A stretch of DNA of 64,000 nucleotides, taken from the NCBI GenBank assembly GCA_963843145.1, contig CAWJJC010000027.1, positions 128,001 through 192,000 of the forward strand, written 5' to 3'. Positions 1-9,496 of the stretch are shown here, piece after piece (position 1 is the stretch's first letter; each line of letters opens with the position of its first letter). The notes under the pieces were generated by a model. The model was not told where the DNA came from. It was given only the letters and a program-made list of their open reading frames with translations, and searched no databases. Both the position numbers and the translations under genes were made by a program. The DNA is from an uncultured delta proteobacterium. Its GTDB lineage: Bacteria > Desulfobacterota > RBG-13-43-22.

Positions 1-616
1 CGATCAGCACCTGCACGGTCGGTGATGCCAACTTTGTCTACACGGCGTTATCGACCGGGCTCGGGAGTTTCACCTTGAGTGCGAGGCAGACGTATGGCAG
101 CTTCGGGCTGGGGAGACTACCCCGTCAGCGTAGATCTGATCGGCGACGTGAACGGCGACGGCCGCAGCGACCTGGTCTGGTCTTCTTCCTATCAATCGGT
201 CGCTAAGACCAACAATAATCAGGTGGTGGTGGGTTTCGCCAATCCCGACGGGAACCTTCCAGCTCGGGTCCGTTCAAAACTTCGGCAGCGCCTGGACGGG
301 CAGCCTGACCCTGGCCGACCTCAACCACGATGGCAAGGCCGATCTGATCTGGAATAACGCTCCCTTAGGTGACACGGATGTGGATACCTATGCGGCCGCC
401 ACGTCGAACGGCGATGGCACGTTCAAGGTCCTGGGACAGGGGGCCGTCTACACCGGCCAGGGGTATTTCCAAATTCCGGAGAGCTTCGACTTCAAAAAGC
501 CGGTCTCCGGCCTGACGCTCGTGTCCACCCGGCAAAATTCAATCAGCAATGCCCTGTTTGTTGTCCATGGCTTCTTGCCGGGAGGGAATGTTTACCTGCC
601 TTTAATACGAAAATAG
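1..616 (+). CDS. 3' part of secreted FG-GAP/VCBS-repeat protein, frameshifted, ends ...VYLPLIRK
   Basis: GDVNGDGRSDLVW and ADLNHDGKADLIW motifs in successive frames (shifts near 95 and 255); runs off window start. Confidence 0.75.
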
Positions 617-835
617 AATCGAGCACCACTTTTTAGGCGTTTTGTTTTTGCCGTCATCCCGGACTCGATCCGGGATCCAGGTGACTCAGGACCTTCACTG
701 CCCTGGATTCCGACCATTCGACAAAGCTCATGGCCCTGAGTAAGTCGAAGGGCGTTCGCCGGAATGACGACCTAATAAATTGAATAAACATAAATTTCCA
801 CGCCTCGGGGTACCCGCTCCGGGCTCCGGGTTACG
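603..835. repeat. Composite REP/MITE-like element family A, copy 1
   Basis: TACGAAAATAGAATCGA left end, GTCATCCCGGACTCGATCCGGGATCCAG...CTGGATTCCG...CGGAATGAC hairpins; similar copies at 29356-29560 and 30777-30975. Confidence 0.7.
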
Positions 836-1101
836 AACGAAAGTGAGCCCCCTTTGAGTCGAACTCTTTTAACCTCCAACTTTAAAGATCAATCCGCCCG
901 GATATACAGTCTTTTCTTTCCTAAAATACATCCTTTACCCCATTCATTTCTACCAGGTAATGATTTAAACTAATAATGACATTAAGTCTGCCCTTTTCAG
1001 AAGTGCGGACTTAACCTTACCCCCCCACTAAGTCATTTGGGGACGTCCCAAAATCTCGTGCTTGGGATTTCCCAATCACCATAAAGCCCACAGGTTTAGG
1101 A

Positions 1102-2349
1102 ATGAAAGGAGAAGAAATGGAAGCCAATCCGTTGATTAAACACCGGTTGTCCGCTAGCCGGCGAGTTCTCCTTTTGCTGGGGACGCTGCTGGCCGGTAAT
1201 TTTTATGTACTTCCTCTGCAGGCGGCCGGGGTGGTCGGCTGCGGCACGCCGGCGAGTTGCACCGAATCGGCCTTCGATACCGCCTTGACCGGCGGCGGCA
1301 GCGTTTCTTTTAATTGCGGCGGTTTGGCGACCATAGCCTTGACCTTTTACAAGCAGATTTCCGTTGACACCACCATTGATGGCGGCGGGAAGATTACCTT
1401 GAACGCCCCGAATACCTACTTCTTCCAGGTTTATGGCGCCAACTCCCTGACCTTGCAGAACATTATCCTGGCCAACGGTTCTTCCAGCATCGCCGGGGCC
1501 ATTGAAAACTTTGGAACGACCACGATTGAAAAGAGTCAATTAGTGAACAACCATTCAAGCAACCATGCCGGCGCCATTGTTAATTACGGCCACTTGGTAC
1601 TGACCGGCAGCACCTTAGCGAACAATCAAGCCGTCAACGGTGGGGGTGCCGTTTATAACGATAGCGGGACGGTGGAGGTGACCGACAGCCTGTTTACGGG
1701 CAACAAGGTCACCGGGCTAACCGGCAAAGGCGGGGCCATCGCGAACATTGGCGGCACCATCACTTTAAACCGGGTAGCCCTGACCGACAATTCGGCGGTC
1801 GACGCCGGGGGCGGGATTTACAGCCTCGATTCCCTCACCCTCACCAATGTGACCCTCAGCGGCAATCAATCCACCACGAATGGCGGCGGCGGGATTTACC
1901 AAGGAAACCACATCGGGTCGCTGAACTTTGTGACGGTGGTCGGCAATAGTGGTACTTTCGGGGCGGGGGTTTACAACGATGGGTCTCTGGGTTCGCTGTT
2001 CCTTCAAAACACGCTCCTTTCGAACAACGCCGGGGGGAACTGTGACGGTGTGATAAACTCGAGCGGGCATAACCTCTCCAGCGACAATAACTGTGGCTCC
2101 GCGTTTACCCAGTCGGGCGACAAGAACAATACCCCGGCCCTCTTGGGATCCCTGGCCGATAATGGCGGCCGGACGCTAACCTACATGCCCCTGCCCCCCA
2201 GCCCGGCCCGTGATGGCGGGCAATGTGTGGTCGGCGTGACCGTGGATCAACGCGGCGCTTTACGACCGGTCGGGGCGGCTTGTGATATAGGAGCGGCGGA
2301 ATACGGGGGCATATTACCGAGGTTGTATTTGCCCCTGATGAAACGCTAA
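1102..2349 (+). CDS. Secreted right-handed beta-helix (Pmp-like GGAI repeats) protein with choice-of-anchor-Q-like C-terminal domain
   Basis: Signal-peptide-like N-terminus ending LQA; GGAI/GAI repeats; C-terminal LADNGG..T...DQRG..R...CDIGAAE; ends LYLPLMKR; start may be 1117. Confidence 0.85.
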   Translation: MKGEEMEANPLIKHRLSASRRVLLLLGTLLAGNFYVLPLQAAGVVGCGTPASCTESAFDTALTGGGSVSFNCGGLATIALTFYKQISVDTTIDGGGKITLNAPNTYFFQVYGANSLTLQNIILANGSSSIAGAIENFGTTTIEKSQLVNNHSSNHAGAIVNYGHLVLTGSTLANNQAVNGGGAVYNDSGTVEVTDSLFTGNKVTGLTGKGGAIANIGGTITLNRVALTDNSAVDAGGGIYSLDSLTLTNVTLSGNQSTTNGGGGIYQGNHIGSLNFVTVVGNSGTFGAGVYNDGSLGSLFLQNTLLSNNAGGNCDGVINSSGHNLSSDNNCGSAFTQSGDKNNTPALLGSLADNGGRTLTYMPLPPSPARDGGQCVVGVTVDQRGALRPVGAACDIGAAEYGGILPRLYLPLMKR

Positions 2350-2369
2350 AGGGTTGTATTTGGTGCGTT

Positions 2370-2490
2370 TTCAAAAAGTTCAAAAAACCTGTCATTGCGA
2401 CCCCGGTCTAGTTCCGGGGGAAGCTTTTCTCTGCCATGGTATCTAGCTGATTCTTGGAGATCGCTTTGTCGCTTGACTCCTCGTAATTCA
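2370..2490. repeat. REP-like element family B (GTCATTGCGA type), degenerate
   Basis: GTCATTGCGA...GATCGCTTTGTCGCTTGACTCCTCGTAAT, similar to 8034-8179 and 33935-34082. Confidence 0.65.
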
Positions 2491-2534
2491 GCCAATATTA
2501 TTTTTAGACCATCAATAAGACTGGAGGGAAAAAG

Positions 2535-4178
2535 ATGGAAACCAGGGCCTTCAGATTCCAAGTGCTAATCATAGTTGGATTGATCGTGGCCACGCTTTGG
2601 TCCACCCCTTCCCTCCAGGCCGCCTCCAACGTCAAATTGAGCGGCGTCATGCCCTCCTTCGGGGACGTTAATTCATTCCAGATCAGTCCGGACGGCCGGT
2701 ATGCCGTCTATCTGGCAGATCAGGACACGGTTGGAGTAAATGAGCTTTACAGCGTCTTGTTAGGAGGGGGCTCCCCCATTCGATTGAATCCCCTTCTTCC
2801 CTCCGGTAGAACCGTTATTTCGTTTTCGATCAGCCCGGACAGCAGCCGGGTGGTATATGTGGCCAACCAAGATACGGCTATGGTCCCAGAACTTTACAGC
2901 GTCCCCATCGGGGGTCCGGCAGCGGCAGTGACCAAGCTTAACGGGGCCGTGGTGGCCGGCGGGAATGTGAGTGCCTACTTTCTGATCAGCCCGGACAGCA
3001 GTCGGGTGGTTTATCGGGCCAACCAACAGACGGCATCTGTCGCTGAATTATACAGCGCCCCCATCGGGGGTCCGGCGGGGTCCGAGGTCAAGCTCAACGG
3101 GGCCCTGGTGGCCGGCGGGAATGTGACTTTCTTTCAGGTCAGCCCGGACAGCAGCCGGGTGGTTTATCTGGCCGACCAACAGATGGATAATGTGGTTGAA
3201 TTGCACAGCGTCCCCATCGGGGGTCCGGCGGGGTCTGGAGTCAAGCTCAACGGGGCCCTGGTGGCCGGCGGGAATGTACTTACCTTTCAGCTCAGTCCGG
3301 ATAGCAGACGGGTGGTTTATGTGGCCAACCAAGATACGGCTACCGTCATTGAATTATACAGCGTCCCCATCGGGGGGCCGGCGGGGTCCGGGGTCAAGCT
3401 CAACGGGGCCCTGGTGGCCGGCGGGAATGTGAATGGCTTCTTTCAGATCAGCCCGGACAGCAGCCAGGTGGTTTATCGGGCCGACCAACAGACGGATAAT
3501 GTCACTGAATTGTACAGCGTCCCCATTGGAGGTCCGGCGGCGGCCGGGATCAAGCTCAACGGGGCCTTGGTGGCCCTCGGGAGTGTTTATAACTTTCAGA
3601 TCAGCCCGGATAGCAGCCGGGTGGTTTATCGGGCCAACCAACATACGGCTACTGTCTTTGAACTTTACAGCGTCCCGATCGGAGGTCCAGCGGCGGCCGG
3701 GATCAAGCTCAACGGGGCCTTGGTGGCCCTCGGGAGTGTTTATAACTTTCAGATCAGCCCGGATAGCAGCCGGGTGGTTTATCGGGCCAACCAAGATACG
3801 GCTACTGTCTTTGAACTTTACAGCGTCCCCATCGGGGGTCCGGCGGGGTCCGGGGTCAAGATCAACGGGGCCCTGGTGGCCCTCGGGAATGTTAATACCT
3901 TTCAGTTCAGTCCGGACAGCAGCCGGGTGGTTTATCAGGCCGACCAAGATACGGCTACTGTCTTTGAACTTTACAGCGTCCCGATCGGAGGTCCAGCGGC
4001 GGCCGGAATCAAGCTCAACGGGGCCCTGGTGGCCAGCGGAAATGTGGGTCTTTTTCAGATCAGTCCGGACAACGGTCGGGTACTTTATGTGGCCGACCAG
4101 GACACAAACGATGTCTTTGAACTCTATATGACGTCCAATTATTTACTCCACTTGCCTCTTATTCTGAGGCAGGGCTAA
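2535..4178 (+). CDS. Secreted TolB/PD40-like beta-propeller protein with ten ~51-aa repeats
   Basis: Signal peptide; 10 copies of FQISPDSSRVVY..Q....ELYSVPIGGP...KLNG; ends LLHLPLILRQG. Confidence 0.9.
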   Translation: METRAFRFQVLIIVGLIVATLWSTPSLQAASNVKLSGVMPSFGDVNSFQISPDGRYAVYLADQDTVGVNELYSVLLGGGSPIRLNPLLPSGRTVISFSISPDSSRVVYVANQDTAMVPELYSVPIGGPAAAVTKLNGAVVAGGNVSAYFLISPDSSRVVYRANQQTASVAELYSAPIGGPAGSEVKLNGALVAGGNVTFFQVSPDSSRVVYLADQQMDNVVELHSVPIGGPAGSGVKLNGALVAGGNVLTFQLSPDSRRVVYVANQDTATVIELYSVPIGGPAGSGVKLNGALVAGGNVNGFFQISPDSSQVVYRADQQTDNVTELYSVPIGGPAAAGIKLNGALVALGSVYNFQISPDSSRVVYRANQHTATVFELYSVPIGGPAAAGIKLNGALVALGSVYNFQISPDSSRVVYRANQDTATVFELYSVPIGGPAGSGVKINGALVALGNVNTFQFSPDSSRVVYQADQDTATVFELYSVPIGGPAAAGIKLNGALVASGNVGLFQISPDNGRVLYVADQDTNDVFELYMTSNYLLHLPLILRQG

Positions 4179-4265
4179 CAGGAGATAACCTGTTTGAAAA
4201 TATTAGTTTAATACTGGTCAATTCGGTTAAATCGGCAATCACCCAAATACCAGGAGGAGAAAGTA

Positions 4266-6043
4266 ATGGAAAAACAAGGAGCAAAAGGAAAAAAAGTTCT
4301 TCGATGGATTGCAGGGGGTCTTATTTTGATGTTGGGCAACTTCTTCCTGGATGGCAGACCTTCAGGCCGCCGGCACGGTCGGTACCGGGACTTCGGCCAG
4401 TTGCACCCAATTAGCGCTCACAACGGCCCTGACCGGGGGCGGCACGGTTACCTTCAACTGTGGAGGCGCCGGAGACAATTCTGGTTATCCCCAGCCGGAT
4501 GAACATTACAGCGGACACGGTTATTAAAGGCGGAGGGGTGATCACCCTCAGCGGCGGGTTAAACAACGGCCTGTTTTACGTGATGGCCCCGGCCTCCTTG
4601 ACGCTGAACGATATTACTCTCGATAGCGCTTATGCCGCCACGGATGGGGACGGCGGTGCCATTCGGGCCAGCGGCCCATTGACGCTGGATAATGTTACCA
4701 TTCAAAATAGCCAGACCACCGACGTTTATTGCGGAGGAGCGATCTGGTCCAATGGGGAGGTCAACATTTCCAACAGCCTCTTTAAGAACAATACAGGCGG
4801 AAATGGCGGGGCGATCTGCACCGGGCAATTTGACACAACCCGGTTGCAGGTCACCAACAGCGGTTTCAGCAATAACCAGGCCGTCTCAACCGTCAATGGC
4901 TTTGGCGGCGCGATCTTTGTAGCCGGTTCGGTGGCGGAGGTGACGATCGCTGACAGCGGTTTTACCGGCAACACTGCCCGCTTCGGCGGTGCGCTGGCCG
5001 TTTATACGGGTGGAACCGCGACTATCCGCGGGGCAAGCCCCCTGAATCCCGTCTCTTTCATCAGCAATTCGGCTACGCAGGAGGGCGGCGCGATCTGGAG
5101 TCAGGGTACGCTGAAGGTTTATAATGGTAACTTTTTAACGAACAAAGTTCCTTTAAACGTCGCGGGCTATGGCGGCGGTATCGCCAGTTACGGCGGCGTG
5201 ACACTTTGGGACAGTTCCTTCGTCTTCAACGAGGGTCGTTACGGCGCCGGGCTCTTTGTCGGCAATAAAGCGAGCGGCTCAGCGGCGGACGTGCGACGAA
5301 CGCTTTTCAATCTGGGTAATGCTTTGGAAGGCGGCGGTATCTATACTAACGACACCAACGCGTTCGTCACCGTCTCGGATAGCGTATTTAGTAGTAATAC
5401 CGCCGCCGAGGGCGGCGGACTGGCGCGCTTTAACTCGAGGGTGGACATATCGAATTCGTCGTTTACGGACAATGCATCTACAAATGATGGTGGTGGTCTA
5501 TGGATCACACACGGTCCCGCCAACACCCAAGACCCTAGCTTTGTGAGCCTGACTAGCGTGACCATCGGCCGGAACACGGCGAACCCCGGTCTTAAACACG
5601 GCGGTGGTTACTATAATCAGGGCATTAGCGTGTTGACAAACGTCACGATCAAAGACAACACGAATGGCATTTATAATACCGGGTTGTCTCAACTGAATAT
5701 TTACAACACCGTATTGGACAATCCGAATTCGCTCAATTGCGATGGCGGCACGCCTCTCACCTTGGGCGGTCACAATCTGTCTACGGACATGAGTTGCGGG
5801 GTTGAACAGAACAATGTAACTGTCCAGCTCTTCGGTCCACCGGCCCTCAATACCAATGGCATTAATCAAACCCTCTATTACCCGCCGCTGGCGGGCAGCC
5901 CGTTGATCAATGGGGCCGCCAATTCCCAAAATTGTCCAATGTTGGACCAGCGCGGGGCCGTCCGTCCTGATGCCTGCGACATCGGAGCGGTTGAATATGG
6001 CGGACTGGCCTGGAGCACCTTCCTCCCGCTTATCAAAAGATGA
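4266..6043 (+). CDS. Beta-helix/choice-of-anchor-Q-like secreted protein, paralog 2 (two apparent 5' frameshifts)
   Basis: RBS AGGAGGAG before ATG 4266; LQAAGTVGTGTSASC..FNCGG in an alternate frame; ORF 4460-6043 has GGAI repeats and DQRGAVRPDACDIGAVE; ends TFLPLIKR. Confidence 0.8.
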
Positions 6044-6132
6044 GGAAAAATCCAAAAAGGTTTAGATTATATGGTAACCATTTTGGTGAGAGTGGAAATG
6101 ACATAAAACCGACATCCAGGAGGGAAAGAACT

Positions 6133-7988
6133 ATGAAATTGCAATCATCATTAAATAAAAAGGTCTTTCGATGGGCAGTAGGGGGTCTGTTTTTAATGTT
6201 GGGCATCATCTTGGGCATCACGTCGCTTCAGGCCGCCGGTACGGTCGGTACCGGGACTTCGGCCAGTTGCAACCAAGCGGCGCTCACAACGGCCCTGACC
6301 GGGGGCGGGACGGTTACCTTCAACTGTGGAGGGACATTGGCCACCATTCCGTCATCAGCCAGATCCCCATCACCCAGGACACGGTCATTGAAGGAGGCAA
6401 CCTGGTCAAGATCGACGGTGGGCTGGTCACCCGTTTCTTTGATATCCCCGGTTCCCAGACGTCTCTGACCTTAAAAGACATTATCCTCGCCAGTGGCTAC
6501 AGCAGGGAAGCGGGGGCGGCAACGGCGGAGCCATCCGGAGCGCGGGGACGCTGACACTCAATAACGTCACCATTCAATTCTGCCAAACCAAGGGGTACGG
6601 GGGAGCGGTCTATTCCAGTGGCCCCATGATCGTCTCCAACAGCACCTTTAACGATAACACCTCGACCTCGTCCGGCGGGGCGATCTATTCCGAAGGGACT
6701 TTGACTGTCTCCCAAAGCACCTTTGACAAGAACACAGGAGTCATCGCCGGCGGGGCGATCTGCACCGGAGTGCCGCCTTCCAACCGATTGCAGGTCACCA
6801 ACAGCACCTTCACCAACAACAAGACCACCGATGCCACCTACGGCTATGGCGGTGCGATCTTTGTGAGCGGACCGATAGCGGAGGCGACCATCATTGACAG
6901 TTTTTTCCGACAGCAATTCTGCAAAGTTAGGTGGCGGGCTGACCGTTTGGACCGGTGGCACGGCCACGCTCCGCACCCAGAATCCCTCCATCCGAAATGC
7001 ATTTCTAGTCAACTCCGCCACCCAAGACGGCGGGGCGATTTATAATGTGGGGACACTGGACATTTACGGGGCGGATCTGAACAATAACACGGCGCCTCAA
7101 AACACCGGCGGGATAGGCCACGGCGGTGCGATCGCCAATACCGGCAATCTGAAGCTTTACGATAGTCAATTGACCTTCAACAAGGGGCGTTTTGGCGGTG
7201 CGCTTTTTGTCGGCATTATCCCAAGCGCCCAGGCGGATGTGCAGACGAACAATTTTCAGTGGCAACGATGCGAGTGAATTCGGCGGCGGTCTCTGTACTG
7301 GCGATGCCCTATTTAATACCGGTGCAACCGTTACCGTGACCGACAGTGTGTTTCGTAACAATACGGCGGTGGTCAACGGCGGGGGAGCGTATCGCTTCAA
7401 CGCGCTTCTGGAAATTTCTAATTCGTCATTCACGGACAACCAGGCTGGCAGGAGTCGGAGGCGGCTTATATAGCGGAGCCAGCGTTCCGGACCCCGCCCG
7501 GTAAACGCCACGAGCGTGACCTTTGGCGGGAACACGGCGGGCAGCGGTCATGGCGGCGGCATTTATACCTCGGGCTACAGCACCTTGAAAAACCTCACCA
7601 TCAAAGACAACACCAACGGTCTGTTCAATGCCGGCAACTTCGTGACGACCCATTTGGGAAACAGCATTCTGGAAAATCCGGGATTCCTCAATTGTGACGG
7701 CGGCGGCGTACCGATCAGCCTGGATGGGCACAATCTTTCCTCCGACAGCAGTTGCGCGGTGGAAACAAATGGGACGCCCGCTCAGCTCGGTCCCCGAGTG
7801 ATTAATGCCAATGGCATCAATGTAACCCGTTATTACCCGCCGCTGGCCGGCAGCCCCCTGATCAACCGGCGGCCGGTTGTCCCACCCTGGATCAACGCGG
7901 CGCCTCGCGGCCTGACGCCTGCGACATTGGCGCGGTTGAATACGGCGGGCTGGCTTGGAGCACATTCCTCCCTCTTATCAGAAAATGA
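6133..7988 (+). CDS. Beta-helix/choice-of-anchor-Q-like secreted protein, paralog 3 (multiply frameshifted; error or pseudogene)
   Basis: ORF pieces 6040-6468, 6171-6554, 6626-7045, 6894-7277, 7192-7473, 7516-8031 are collinear with paralog 2; final frame CDIGAVEYGGLAWSTFLPLIRK*, TGA 7986-7988. Confidence 0.75.
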
Positions 7989-8033
7989 TGAGCGGCCGAA
8001 AGCGTCCAAGCGGATACCATTCCATTATTGATG

Positions 8034-8179
8034 GATTCGCAAAAAGTCCCCAGCGCTGTCATTGCGAGGAGTGAAGCGACGAAGCAATCCCCAAGAATCA
8101 GCTAGTTACCATGGTGGGGATTGCTTCCCCCGGATCAAGTCCGGGGTCGCAATGACAGGTTTTTGGATTTTTTGCGAGG
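8034..8179. repeat. REP-like element family B
   Basis: TCGCAAAAAGTCC..GTCATTGCGAGGAGTGAAGCGACGAAGCAATCCCC...GGGGATTGCTTC...GCAATGAC..TTTTTGCGA; near reverse complement of 33935-34082. Confidence 0.85.
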
Positions 8180-8333
8180 TTGTCCATTATTAACGGTCTC
8201 ACAACTAAAACAACCTTCATGCCAGTACACAGATTAATCTTGGACCCCGGCCATTCGACAAAGCTCATGCCCCTTCGGCAGGGCTTCGGCGAGATCAGTC
8301 GAGTCGCTCAAGGCCATGAGCTTTGTCAAAAGT

Positions 8334-8461
8334 ATTTATGAATTGTATGGTGTTCCCCTGGGGGGACCGGCAGCGTCTGGATTCAAGTTGAACGGTATCC
8401 TGACCCCCGTATGACCTCCGAATATTTGCTCCACCTGCCTCTGATTCTGAGGCAGCAATAA
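8334..8461 (+). pseudogene. Collapsed remnant of the beta-propeller gene
   Basis: IYELYGVPLGGPAASGFKLNGIL followed in another frame by MTSEYLLHLPLILRQQ* (8411-8461), matching the C-terminus of 2535-4178. Confidence 0.75.
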
Positions 8462-8462
8462 A

Positions 8463-8642
8463 AGGAAGCGAAATAACCATGGGCCGTTTGATTTATTGAT
8501 CGTTTGCGGGATTATGCTGGCTACGCTGGCGCCGATAAACGTGGTGGCCAATACCTACGTCGTGAACAGCCCCGCCGATCCGGCTGTGACCCGGACATTC
8601 AACGTTTCAAGCAATTTGTTCCTGCCACTGATCCTTAAGTAG
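8463..8642 (+). pseudogene. Mini-gene/remnant: signal peptide + short N-terminal strand + LFLPLILK tail
   Basis: Open frame RKRNNHGPFDLLIVCGIMLATLAPINVVANTYVVNSPADPAVTRTFNVSSNLFLPLILK*; in-frame ATG 8514; TAG 8640-8642. Confidence 0.55.
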
Positions 8643-8662
8643 AAAGAAAGGATATTTCCATT

Positions 8663-8974
8663 ATGGAATTCGCCCTGCTGCTTCTGGTCTATGGATTGTG
8701 CATCGCGCTCACCAGTGTCCTCTGGGCGTACCCGGCGGCCTTGACGGGTTGCTACGTTCTCGTCAGCATCCTCACGCTGATCAAATGGCACACCAGGGCC
8801 GACGTGGTCTCCTTCGCCGCTGCTGCCATTCTTGGACCCTTGGGCGAGGCGGTTGCCGTTCACTCTGGGGCCTGGACCTATACGAAATCCAGCTTCTTGA
8901 TTCCCCTGTGGCTACCTCTGCTGTGGGGAGTTGCCGGCTTGTTTCTGAGAAGAATTGCCTGGATTATGAGTTGA
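8663..8974 (+). CDS. Small integral membrane protein, DUF2878/INSIG-like
   Basis: About 4 hydrophobic segments; GPLGE..V..GAWTY....IPLWLPLLWG pattern. Confidence 0.6.
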   Translation: MEFALLLLVYGLCIALTSVLWAYPAALTGCYVLVSILTLIKWHTRADVVSFAAAAILGPLGEAVAVHSGAWTYTKSSFLIPLWLPLLWGVAGLFLRRIAWIMS

Positions 8975-9046
8975 AAACCACTTTCGTAGCTCCCAACCAG
9001 ACAGCTCTGGAGCAGATCTTAGCTTCGAAGAGCGGCAGGAGGAAAA

Positions 9047-9496
9047 ATGCGTAAACCATTTATGAGGGAAATTTTATTGCTGATGCTGTTGGGCGGGTTG
9101 GTCCTGTTTGGGCAGCGGGTTTCCGCCACGATCACTTCGCTGCCCATGTCCAATCCCTTTTGTTTTCAGCCCGATCCTTCAGTCAACCAGTGTTTGATCA
9201 ATGTCCGTTCCTGGCAGGCGAACGATAACGGGGTGGGGAACATCTTGGCCTATGTCAATTTTTCGATCGACAATAAACTGCGTTACCGGTCAAACGCGTT
9301 TTTTGAGAATAATATCGCCTACAGCTTTGACATGATCCCCGGGGGAATCAAGGTGACCTGTGGGTTACCCAACGAAGGTGGGTTCGGATCGTTGTACGGC
9401 AAGGCCTATACCGTCGATGTCAAGGCCTATGATATCACCAACACTTGGGTCCTCGACGATCAATTGCAAGTAAAATGCCCCGCTTACAATCCTTAA
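9047..9496 (+). CDS. Secreted hypothetical protein with 4 conserved Cys, paralog A
   Basis: RBS AGGAGG; signal peptide; collinear similarity to 9445-9975. Confidence 0.75.
   Translation: MRKPFMREILLLMLLGGLVLFGQRVSATITSLPMSNPFCFQPDPSVNQCLINVRSWQANDNGVGNILAYVNFSIDNKLRYRSNAFFENNIAYSFDMIPGGIKVTCGLPNEGGFGSLYGKAYTVDVKAYDITNTWVLDDQLQVKCPAYNP

Noticed and set aside
2760-4131. Alternative-frame and antisense repeat ORFs in the propeller gene
   Set aside because: Shadows of the tandem repeats
1102-7988. Autotransporters (Pmp-like repeats)
   Set aside because: No C-terminal beta-barrel or terminal aromatic residue
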